From: an uncultured Flavobacterium sp.
Lineage (GTDB): Bacteria > Bacteroidota > Bacteroidia > Flavobacteriales > Flavobacteriaceae
Direction of reading: 5' to 3'
Length of the DNA: 64,000 nt
NCBI GenBank assembly: GCA_964565035.1
Contig: CAZMCP010000007.1
Location: 3,748 to 67,747 of the forward strand
Shown here piece after piece: positions 27,318-35,910 of the stretch. The notes beneath the pieces are model-generated. The model saw nothing but the letters and a program-made list of their open reading frames with translations. It made no database searches and had not been told where the DNA came from. Each line of letters starts with the position of its first letter. Within the stretch, counting starts at the first letter, position 1. Position numbers and translations under genes: made by a program.

Positions 27318-29384
27318 TTAGGCGGGTATAGTAATTTTGATAGATGTTCCTTTTCCTTTATCAGATTCAAAAAGGATTGTTCCATTAATTGCTGTTATTC
27401 TGGCGTTCATATTTTTTAATCCAATTCCTTCTTTAGCTTTTTTTACATCAAATCCTTGTCCATCATCTTTTATTTCAATAAATATTTGATCCCCTAATTT
27501 ATTTATTGAAGCTAATACATTTTTGGCTTTTGCATATTTATAAATATTTTGAAGAGACTCTTGAAAAATTCTATACAAATGCATTTTTGTAGGACTATCA
27601 ATATTCTCCCAGGCAATAGAATCATCTATCTGTATAGAATAATTTGCCTCAGAAATATTTTTTTGAGATTCAAAAAGGGATTCAATAATGACTTTAAAAC
27701 TATCTTTAGCAGCAAAAATATCTCTATTTAAGTCATGTGAAATTGCTCTAATTTCTTTTTCAATTTCTTGAATTCCGTCAATATGAGTAATACATTTTTT
27801 TATGGTTTCTTCATCATTTCTCTTAGACAAGATAAACAAGTTTAGCCTTGTACTAGTTAACTTACTCATAATACCATCATGCAATTCTTGTGCAATTCTT
27901 TTCTTTTCAGCTTGTCTACCTTCATCAATTTTAGAATGTTGTTCAAGCATGAGCTGATAAATTTCCTCGTTTGCTTTTTGCTGTTCTTGTTCCAGTAATA
28001 ATTCTCTATTTTTAGCTCTTTGGATTCTGTTAGTATATATCATAAAACCAAAAACTAAAGCAATAAGGCTTATACCAAGTATTGTCCATCTCTGTCTGGA
28101 TAACTCATCCTTTTCTTCTTCAATAACATTTTTTTCGGTTATAATTTCATCTGTTTCAAATTCAATTCTAGCGAATTTGTTTCTGGTAACTCTTTCCTGA
28201 TTATGTAAGCTGTCAGTAAGATTCACATATCTTTCCATATGTAAAACTTTATTTTTTTTATCAATTTTAGAAAGTAGATTGAGAGCTTTTAACTCATCAT
28301 CAAACAAATTTATAGAATGAGCTAGTTTTGCCGAACTATAGCAATTTTGAATAGCAGATAAAGTATCTTTATTTAAAAGATCATATTCTGATATACTTAT
28401 TTTACTAGTAACTATACCTGGACCATAACCAAGACTATCTCTTATTTTAAACGAAGCGTATAGATATCTCTTAGCTTTTAGATTTGAAGATTTAACAAAC
28501 GCATATCCCAAATTGTTTAACAAATTAGAATAAAGGATTGGTTCGCTAATTTTAAAATTAGAAAAATTGAGAGCAGCCCTCAAATATCCGATAGCTGCCT
28601 CATATTCTCCCTTTTTAGTATATAAAATTCCTAGATAATTATAAATTTGAGCTCTTAAAAGTTGGTATTGAGGTTCTTTCTTAAGAAAATCAGTTGTTTT
28701 AAATGCTTTATTATAGTACTTAGCAGACTCTGAAAAATTTCCAACTCCATCTAATATATTACCTAAGGTTAAGTAGCACTCATAAGTTAGCCTATAGTTT
28801 TTATTTTTTATAGCGCTTTTGAGAATCTCTACAACAACAGTTTCACTTCCTGCAAAATCTTTTTCAAAAAAAAGGATTCTTGCCTTCGCAAACTTTACAT
28901 TATTTAGCCCTTCGTTATCATTAATTTTATTATATATCTTTTCAGATTTGCTATAATAAAAATAAGCACTATCTGTTACAAACTTTTCGTAAAAATAGTC
29001 ACCAATATAACTTAATCCTCTTGCAATATTTGAAGTATCTTTACTTAAAACAGACATTTCATAAACACTCTTAGAAATTTTATGGTAGTCTTCATATTTT
29101 TCAATATTGTAGTATCTACCAGCCAATTTAAACATGTAATCTCTGTTTCTAGCAGAATTGGGGTAATTTAATAGAATATCTTTCGCTTGGTTGGCCAATT
29201 CATACCTTTGCTCTTTACTTTTATTATAATCATTAGCTAGATTTAATAAATCATCAACTATATGATTGGCCTGTTGACTATTTTCCTGATTTTCAACTTT
29301 TGAATTACAAGATAACAGTATTAAAGCAATAGAAATTTTATAAAATAAAAGTCTCAATTTTTCAATTTGTGATATAATACTCAC
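27318..29384 (-). CDS. Sensor histidine kinase with TPR extracytoplasmic domain (HisKA_3 plus HATPase)
   Basis: TPR-like helices (YLTLGNI, YNYLGIL, LNNLGYA), one TM (WTILGISLIALVFGFMIY), H-box RIAQELHDG, DDGQGF, GIGLKNM; exact start uncertain. Confidence 0.92.
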   Translation of the reverse strand: MSIISQIEKLRLLFYKISIALILLSCNSKVENQENSQQANHIVDDLLNLANDYNKSKEQRYELANQAKDILLNYPNSARNRDYMFKLAGRYYNIEKYEDYHKISKSVYEMSVLSKDTSNIARGLSYIGDYFYEKFVTDSAYFYYSKSEKIYNKINDNEGLNNVKFAKARILFFEKDFAGSETVVVEILKSAIKNKNYRLTYECYLTLGNILDGVGNFSESAKYYNKAFKTTDFLKKEPQYQLLRAQIYNYLGILYTKKGEYEAAIGYLRAALNFSNFKISEPILYSNLLNNLGYAFVKSSNLKAKRYLYASFKIRDSLGYGPGIVTSKISISEYDLLNKDTLSAIQNCYSSAKLAHSINLFDDELKALNLLSKIDKKNKVLHMERYVNLTDSLHNQERVTRNKFARIEFETDEIITEKNVIEEEKDELSRQRWTILGISLIALVFGFMIYTNRIQRAKNRELLLEQEQQKANEEIYQLMLEQHSKIDEGRQAEKKRIAQELHDGIMSKLTSTRLNLFILSKRNDEETIKKCITHIDGIQEIEKEIRAISHDLNRDIFAAKDSFKVIIESLFESQKNISEANYSIQIDDSIAWENIDSPTKMHLYRIFQESLQNIYKYAKAKNVLASINKLGDQIFIEIKDDGQGFDVKKAKEGIGLKNMNARITAINGTILFESDKGKGTSIKITIPA

Positions 29385-29420
29385 AAACTTACAATATATA
29401 TTCTATTTTCAAACACACAA

Positions 29421-29693
29421 TTAAGGTTTAGTACCTCCTTTTGGTGGATCAATTTCTTCACACCCTTCACAAGTGAATACAGGATCAGTAGGCGGAGGTG
29501 GGGGTGACACCACTGTATCAAAATCAGCAGGCAAAACAACCGAATCTGTCAAAGGGATATCTTTACTATATTCATCAAAATTAATCTTCTTTTCGATTTT
29601 TTGAATTTCATTATAAAGTTGCTCATCATTCTCATCATTTGTACAAGATGCTACTAGAACTACTAAAAATATAAGCGATACAATCTTTTTCAT
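29421..29693 (-). CDS. Small Pro-rich lipoprotein, candidate signalling-peptide precursor
   Basis: 90 aa; lipobox VASC, acidic stretch after Cys, PPPPP, CEGC, tail EIDPPKGGTKP; ends 36 nt upstream of the kinase ORF. Confidence 0.8.
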   Translation of the reverse strand: MKKIVSLIFLVVLVASCTNDENDEQLYNEIQKIEKKINFDEYSKDIPLTDSVVLPADFDTVVSPPPPPTDPVFTCEGCEEIDPPKGGTKP

Positions 29694-29752
29694 AACTTTA
29701 AATGTTTAAAATATTTAACAATTTTCTTTGGGTTTTTATTTATAATTTTTAT

Positions 29753-29808
29753 CAAAATTATAACCCGTGGAAATTTATTATTTACGGTTTTACCGTACAT
29801 TTTGTTAA
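29753..29808 (-). promoter_or_regulatory. Promoter (-7 TAATTTTG) with palindromic regulator site, copy 2
   Basis: tacggt-ttt-accgta (29783-29797, centre 29790) followed by cattttgttaa; 24/26 identical to copy 1; -7 element at 29753-29760. Confidence 0.75.
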
Positions 29809-29869
29809 AGTATTTCGTGGATGCTAGTAAAAGATTTTTTTCGTATATTCAATAATAAAAACTCTTTAG

Positions 29870-30595
29870 ATGCGAACATTAGTAATTGGTGATATTCACG
29901 GAGCTTTGCGGGCTTTAAAACAAGTTCTTGAAAGGGCCAATGTTTCAGAACATGATACCTTAATTTTTTTAGGCGATTATCTAGATGGATGGAGTGAATC
30001 ACCTGGTCTTGTGGATTTTATGATTACGCTAAAGATACAAAAAAAATGTATTTTTTTACGTGGTAATCATGATGAATTAGTTTTACATTGGCTTCAGAAC
30101 AATCATGATAATCCAATGTGGTATAATCATGGCGGCGAGTCAACCGTTAAAGCATATGCTAGTGTGGATCAAAAAACTAAAGAAAAGCATATTGAATTTC
30201 TGCTATCATTAAAAAATTATCATCTCGACGAACAAAATAGATTGTTTATTCATGCTGGTTTTACAAACCTTAAAGGAGTTACTGCCGAACATTTTCCAAG
30301 AATGTTATACTGGGACAGAACATTGTGGGAAATGGCACTTTCGCTTGATACTTCAATCCAGAAAGATTCTTTTTTTTACCCTCGAAGATTTGGAATCTAT
30401 AAAGAAATATATATTGGCCATACTCCTGTAACTCAAATCAATGAAACCAAACCTATAAACAAAGCTAATGTTTGGAATATTGATACTGGGGCTGCTTTTA
30501 AAGGACCTTTGACAATAATGGATATTGATTCAAAGGAATATTGGCAGAGTGATCCTGTTTATTTACTTTACCCAAACGAAAAAGGGAGAAACTAG
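29870..30595 (+). CDS. Metallophosphoesterase (PPP/ApaH-like)
   Basis: GDIHG, GDYLDG, RGNHD, HAG, GHTP, IDTGA motifs. Confidence 0.93.
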   Translation: MRTLVIGDIHGALRALKQVLERANVSEHDTLIFLGDYLDGWSESPGLVDFMITLKIQKKCIFLRGNHDELVLHWLQNNHDNPMWYNHGGESTVKAYASVDQKTKEKHIEFLLSLKNYHLDEQNRLFIHAGFTNLKGVTAEHFPRMLYWDRTLWEMALSLDTSIQKDSFFYPRRFGIYKEIYIGHTPVTQINETKPINKANVWNIDTGAAFKGPLTIMDIDSKEYWQSDPVYLLYPNEKGRN

Positions 30596-30632
30596 AGAAA
30601 GTTCTTATATTTGTCGCATAAATTTTAAAAAA

Positions 30633-31130
30633 ATGAGAAAAACAATTTTAACTCTATTAGTAGTATTCGCTGCTACAGTTTCAAATGCACAAGCATTCAA
30701 AGGTAAAGGCGATACAAAGTTTCAAGTTGGTGCTAATTTTCAAGATGGCGGAACGGGTATAACATCTACTGTTGATTTTGGTATTGGTGAAAATATGTCT
30801 TTTGGATTTCAAGCAACTTATATGTTATCTGCTAGTGAAATTTTAAATGAAAAACCAAAGTTTGAAGATAGAGCAGACATTAGAGCACGATTTAACGCCA
30901 ATTTGGGTAACGTAATTAATATTGATGAAAAATTTGATGTGTATCCAGGTTTAGACTTAGGGTTAAGAAATTTTGGAGCTCATTTAGGTGCTAGATATTT
31001 TTTTACTGATGGCTTTGGTGTTTATACTGAATTTGCCCTTCCTATCGCTAAATATGATTCTACTCCAGGACTTTTTGGTAATTACAATAATCAATTCAAC
31101 GCGAGTATTGGAATGTCCTTCAATCTATAA
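30633..31130 (+). CDS. Small outer-membrane beta-barrel protein (DUF6646-like)
   Basis: Signal peptide from ATG 30633, alternating beta strands, C-terminal GMSFNL; -7 element TATATTTG at 30606-30613. Confidence 0.8.
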   Translation: MRKTILTLLVVFAATVSNAQAFKGKGDTKFQVGANFQDGGTGITSTVDFGIGENMSFGFQATYMLSASEILNEKPKFEDRADIRARFNANLGNVINIDEKFDVYPGLDLGLRNFGAHLGARYFFTDGFGVYTEFALPIAKYDSTPGLFGNYNNQFNASIGMSFNL

Positions 31131-31139
31131 TACATAAAG

Positions 31140-31712
31140 ATGAGTGTTATTGAAAAAAAGTTAAAAGATAGAAGTAATTCTATCTGTGAATTATGTGGCA
31201 ATCCTCATGATTTAAAAGTCTACAATGTCGCCCCTAATACAATTGAAAGTCTAGAACAGTCAATTTTAGCCTGCACGACTTGTATTAACCAAATTGAGAA
31301 TCCTGAAGCAACGGATGCTAACCATTGGCATTGTTTATCGGATAGTATGTGGAATGAAAACTTACCAGTTCAGATTGTTTCATGGAGAATGTTGACCCGC
31401 CTTAAAAAGAATGACTTATTAGACATGATGTATCTTGATGAAGAAGCTTTAGAATGGGCAAAAGCAACTGGTGAAGACAGCGATGATGAAGGAAAAATAG
31501 TCCACAAAGATTCGAATGGAAATATACTTCAAGATGGTGATTCGGTTGTTTTAATTAAAGATTTAGATGTTAAAGGAGCTAATTTTACTGCAAAAAGAGG
31601 TGCTGCTGTGCATAATATAAAATTAGTTTGGGACAATGCAGATCAAATTGAAGGAAGAGTCGAAGGACAACATATTGTGATATTGACTCAATATGTTAAA
31701 AAAACAAAATAA
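31140..31712 (+). CDS. PhnA domain protein
   Basis: N-terminal CELC...CTTC; C-terminal DSNGNILQDGDSVVLIKDLDVKG. Confidence 0.9.
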   Translation: MSVIEKKLKDRSNSICELCGNPHDLKVYNVAPNTIESLEQSILACTTCINQIENPEATDANHWHCLSDSMWNENLPVQIVSWRMLTRLKKNDLLDMMYLDEEALEWAKATGEDSDDEGKIVHKDSNGNILQDGDSVVLIKDLDVKGANFTAKRGAAVHNIKLVWDNADQIEGRVEGQHIVILTQYVKKTK

Positions 31713-31740
31713 TTGTTTTTAAAAACATTGAAACTAAATT

Positions 31741-31773
31741 AAAAGCGACATCAAAATTGATGTCGCTTTTTTT
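31741..31773. terminator. Bidirectional terminator
   Basis: aaaagcgacatcaa-aa-ttgatgtcgcttttttt. Confidence 0.8.
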
Positions 31774-31799
31774 AAACCCAAAATTTATAATCGTGCCAC

Positions 31800-34700
31800 T
31801 TATTCAATAATTATTTTTTTGCTCATTATTCCATTATCAGTTTTTACTTTAACTATATAGGCTTCAGTACTTAATTCATTAACAGGCAATTGTATATTAG
31901 TTTGGTCTTCGTTAGTTAGCTTAAATTCTAAAACTTTTTGTCCTAATATAGAAAATACTTGAGCATTTTCAACTCTAATCCCTTTAAGTCCATTTTTGAT
32001 AGTTACATAATCATTATTATAAAAAATAGATATGTTTTCATTCAATTCATTACTGTTATTACTTAATGTTTGATTACTAAAACGTAATGAAAATCTATTA
32101 TTATAATCACCTACTGGGAGTGTAATTGAAAAATTAGAGTTTCTCAAATCATGATAAATTCCAGTTATTGCGTCAAACAAGTAAATTTCTTGGTTTGGAT
32201 CAACATTCTCTAAGGATGCGATTTTTATAATATTATTTCCTTGATTTGCAATTTTTAAAGATAATGGAATGATTTGATCAGCACTAAATTGTGGTATAGC
32301 TTGAATAACAAGATTTGCTCCATTCAGTTTCCAATACATATCATCTGGATTAACATCGGCCATTACTGCATCAAATCCAAAATCAAATTGAGATGTAGAG
32401 TTGACATCTGCCCCAATTAATATTTGTCTGTGCATGTTTGAAGGAGAATCGTATTGTAATCTTATTTTAGGTCTAGTATCTTCTGCTAACTGATTAGCGT
32501 TGTTATTTGCTGATTTAAAAAATATAGACTGTCCAGATGATTCTGTTTTGAATACTCTTTGGCTATTTTTAAAAATAATACTACCTCCAGTAATTGCTGT
32601 TGATAAATTAGGGTTATTTGCAATTAAACTAGGATCAACAAGTGAATTAATAAAGAAAGCTTGACCAACAGGAATATATCTTTGTGGTACTTTAACTCCA
32701 CTAGAGCCATTATTATTAATCATAGGATCGTTTGAAATTGCTACAACACCACCCATTAATGTGTATGTCGCATAACCCGCAACATAATTTGATAGATTAT
32801 GAGAACTACCTCCAAAATTGTCATAAAAATATAATGCTCCATTAAATCTATTACTAGAAGCCCTACCTCCTCCGTCTCTCATATTATCTAAAATAAATTC
32901 ATTAGCATCCAGTGCTGATGCATATGGATTCCCAATTAGGTAACTTTGGTTTAAACCAATTGTTAGTCCTATAATTCCATTGTTTGGTTTACCTGCATAA
33001 ACATAATTTTGACTTTCAGACACAGCTGCAGATCCCGTTACGCCTTTCATGGTATAACCTTCTCCAATTTTTATGTTTCCTGTACTACCTATTCGTTGCC
33101 AAGAATTATAACTTGTGCTTGTCAAAGTATATTTATGAATCCATCTATTACTAATTTTAATTGGGTTTGATACTGCACCGTCTGCATAGTTGTAAGCATC
33201 ACCAAAAGATATCACTCCTGGATTATATGGATTAACGATAGCATCTGTTCCATCTCTTAAAATTCCAGAAACGTTATAATTAACCCCATCTAAACTAACC
33301 GGTGAAGACCAATAATTATAGTGAAAACTACTCTTTTTTCCTTGTTGGTCTTTTAAAAGTTTACCTGAACCTTCAACAGGATTAGCTAAATCTCCTAATT
33401 GTATCAACTGTGCTTCGTCTGTTAGTCTCAAAATACCACTATCTAAAGTAAGTAAATTAGCAACTGTCAATTGAAAGTTATTTGGAAGGTTAATACCTAT
33501 TGCCGAATCTAAACTATTTAAAGTAAGATTATAAAAAGATTCATTGAGTTTTATACCTGAATTTATTAATTGTACTTGATTAGTTCCTTCTCCATTAAAA
33601 GTAACTGTTCCTTGACCAGGAATAAAAGTCCCACTATTTTTCCAATCTCTTTTAATGTGTAGCAAAGAATTGTTTATAACTGTAAGTGAACTAGCGTTAG
33701 CTATTATTAAATCTCTACAAATTGCAACATCATCCTCAGGCGCATAAATACTTGCTCTATCTATTACCGGCATTCTTATAGAACCATTAGGAATTACAGC
33801 ATCATCGGTGGCAGTTGGAACACCTCCAGCCCAGTTTTTACAATCAAACCAATCTGTGCTTTGAATACCTGTCCAAAGTCCTTTTGTTCCATTTAAAACA
33901 GTTAAAACAGCACTTCCGCTTAAATCAGATGATTGAGCTGTACAGTTTTTATCACTTAAAGCTGTTACAGTATATGTAACATTAGATAATAAAGTTGGTA
34001 CTGTAAAATTATAAGGATTATCAGATGTAGTAACTGTTGTATTTGTAGAACCATTAGAATAGGTAATAACCCATGGAGCAGTTCCTGTTAGTGCAATGCT
34101 TAAATTAGCATTATCTCCCAAACAAACTATTTGAGATGTTCCAATACTTGCAGTAGGTCTTGGTCGTACGGTAACTTTTATTTCTGCTGTTCCATCTGGT
34201 CCATAACTAGTACAACCATTAATATATGAAACCACATAATATGTAGTTGTAACAGGAGGTGTTACAGTCATAGCTGAACTAACTGAATTAGTTGATATTA
34301 AAACATTCCCATTTTGATCTAACCATTGTGTAGTTAATCCCGATGGGGTTTCAGGAATTCCAATATTATCAATTGCCCATGAACTGTTTAACAAACCATG
34401 ATAACTAAATTTTACTCTTAAATTAGGTTGACCAATATAGTTGTTTAGATTGATAACCTCTTGAGGAAAGTTATTGTAGGGTGTTCTATTTAGAGCTCCC
34501 GTATAGCTTGATAAAAGGATATTATAAGTATTACCTCCATCAAGAGACAACCAAACTTTAGCTGTAGCTCCTGCAGTTAATTTAAAAGCATGATTAAATT
34601 GAATTGTAAATGTAGCCAATCCAAAGCTATTAAATATTGGTGTCTCTAACTCAGAATCGATAGCTCCATGAGCAATTGCAAATTTCCCTGTGGAAGTATA

Positions 34701-35558
34701 TGTTGTTCCAGAATAGGTTCCAGAATTTGATGTAGTTAATCTAAACCCTGTAGGTTTTGTATTACTACCTCCGGCATTTAAACCATTAGTATTACCATCA
34801 ACATCCCAACCCTCTGGATTTGCGTAACTAAAAGCGCCTCCAGTAGCCACTCCTTGACTAGTAGCATATCCGCTTAAAGCATTTAATATTGAACTTTCAC
34901 CTTCACATATTGTAGCTGGAATTGCAACTACTGTTGGCTTTATATTAGGAATAACCACAATAACTGAGCTACTGGAATAAGTAATTGCACATGAACCATT
35001 TTGGACAACAGCTCTAAAAATTGTAGTATCATTTAAACTCGTATAATTGTAACTCGAAGTTGTATTAACTATAGTTATCCAACTATTACCACCGTCGATT
35101 GATTTTTCCCATCTCACTACATTTCCTGTATGTCCACTTAAGTATAACCAACCACTACCTAAATGGCAAATCGTATTTACAGTTACAATTGGTGTAATTC
35201 CTACTGCAGAAACTGTAACGTTTCCACCTATTGAAGGTTGAAAAACAGTGACAGTGACAGTATCATTATAAGACAATGGGCATAAACCCGCTATTATATT
35301 ATAAGTAGTTGTTGAAGTTGGTGATACAGCAAAATTAATATCGCCTCCTGTACCAATAACTGGAAAACCAATTGGGCTATTTGATTCATTTCTTAGTTGA
35401 TAGGAAACTCCAAGCTCGCTATTGAAAAGCGTTATTGTTGTTCCTTCGCCTGAACAAATTGAAACATCGTTTGACAATATTTTTTGGACACTGCAATCTT
35501 GACCATAACCCAAAAAAACACCACATAGTAACACTAGAAAGAAAGTAATTTTTCCCAT
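31800..35558 (-). CDS. Large T9SS type A cargo (adhesin-like, Ig/PKD-like repeats)
   Basis: Signal peptide, ICSGE/PTSTTTY repeats, YNYWSSPV, LIGNPY, GQAFF, terminal FSILGQKV...YIVKV...KKII. Confidence 0.88.
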   Translation of the reverse strand: MGKITFFLVLLCGVFLGYGQDCSVQKILSNDVSICSGEGTTITLFNSELGVSYQLRNESNSPIGFPVIGTGGDINFAVSPTSTTTYNIIAGLCPLSYNDTVTVTVFQPSIGGNVTVSAVGITPIVTVNTICHLGSGWLYLSGHTGNVVRWEKSIDGGNSWITIVNTTSSYNYTSLNDTTIFRAVVQNGSCAITYSSSSVIVVIPNIKPTVVAIPATICEGESSILNALSGYATSQGVATGGAFSYANPEGWDVDGNTNGLNAGGSNTKPTGFRLTTSNSGTYSGTTYTSTGKFAIAHGAIDSELETPIFNSFGLATFTIQFNHAFKLTAGATAKVWLSLDGGNTYNILLSSYTGALNRTPYNNFPQEVINLNNYIGQPNLRVKFSYHGLLNSSWAIDNIGIPETPSGLTTQWLDQNGNVLISTNSVSSAMTVTPPVTTTYYVVSYINGCTSYGPDGTAEIKVTVRPRPTASIGTSQIVCLGDNANLSIALTGTAPWVITYSNGSTNTTVTTSDNPYNFTVPTLLSNVTYTVTALSDKNCTAQSSDLSGSAVLTVLNGTKGLWTGIQSTDWFDCKNWAGGVPTATDDAVIPNGSIRMPVIDRASIYAPEDDVAICRDLIIANASSLTVINNSLLHIKRDWKNSGTFIPGQGTVTFNGEGTNQVQLINSGIKLNESFYNLTLNSLDSAIGINLPNNFQLTVANLLTLDSGILRLTDEAQLIQLGDLANPVEGSGKLLKDQQGKKSSFHYNYWSSPVSLDGVNYNVSGILRDGTDAIVNPYNPGVISFGDAYNYADGAVSNPIKISNRWIHKYTLTSTSYNSWQRIGSTGNIKIGEGYTMKGVTGSAAVSESQNYVYAGKPNNGIIGLTIGLNQSYLIGNPYASALDANEFILDNMRDGGGRASSNRFNGALYFYDNFGGSSHNLSNYVAGYATYTLMGGVVAISNDPMINNNGSSGVKVPQRYIPVGQAFFINSLVDPSLIANNPNLSTAITGGSIIFKNSQRVFKTESSGQSIFFKSANNNANQLAEDTRPKIRLQYDSPSNMHRQILIGADVNSTSQFDFGFDAVMADVNPDDMYWKLNGANLVIQAIPQFSADQIIPLSLKIANQGNNIIKIASLENVDPNQEIYLFDAITGIYHDLRNSNFSITLPVGDYNNRFSLRFSNQTLSNNSNELNENISIFYNNDYVTIKNGLKGIRVENAQVFSILGQKVLEFKLTNEDQTNIQLPVNELSTEAYIVKVKTDNGIMSKKIIIE

Positions 35559-35855
35559 AGTTCATCTGTTTGATTAGTAAAAAAAAAGTAAAATTTTGAA
35601 AATTTAACCTATTCAGAATTGTGAGTTTGTAGCCTAACAAATGAAATAATTATTAAAAAGCTTTAATAGTTCATAATTTCATTCTGTCTTCAGAATAGAT
35701 TTTTCAACAAATCGGGTTGTGGCATTTGTTTTATGAAACTAAATTACTCATTTAAATAAACAAACAAGGATTTTACATTCAGTTTTCGATTAAAGGTTTT
35801 TATATTCGATGAATGACTTTTTGAGTCCAAAAAAAAATTGGAATAAGAAGATATT

Positions 35856-35886
35856 AAAAAAAGCAGCCTTATAAGGCTGCTTTTTT
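35856..35886 (-). terminator. Intrinsic terminator after the aldehyde dehydrogenase gene
   Basis: aaaaaagcagcctt-at-aaggctgctttttt. Confidence 0.8.
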
Positions 35887-35910
35887 AATGTTAACTTTAA
35901 AATATATTGA

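Noticed and set aside
31783-31798. TGGCACG on the minus strand, a possible sigma-54 site
   Set aside because: No TTG at the -12 position, and it lies between convergent genes pointing into a terminator
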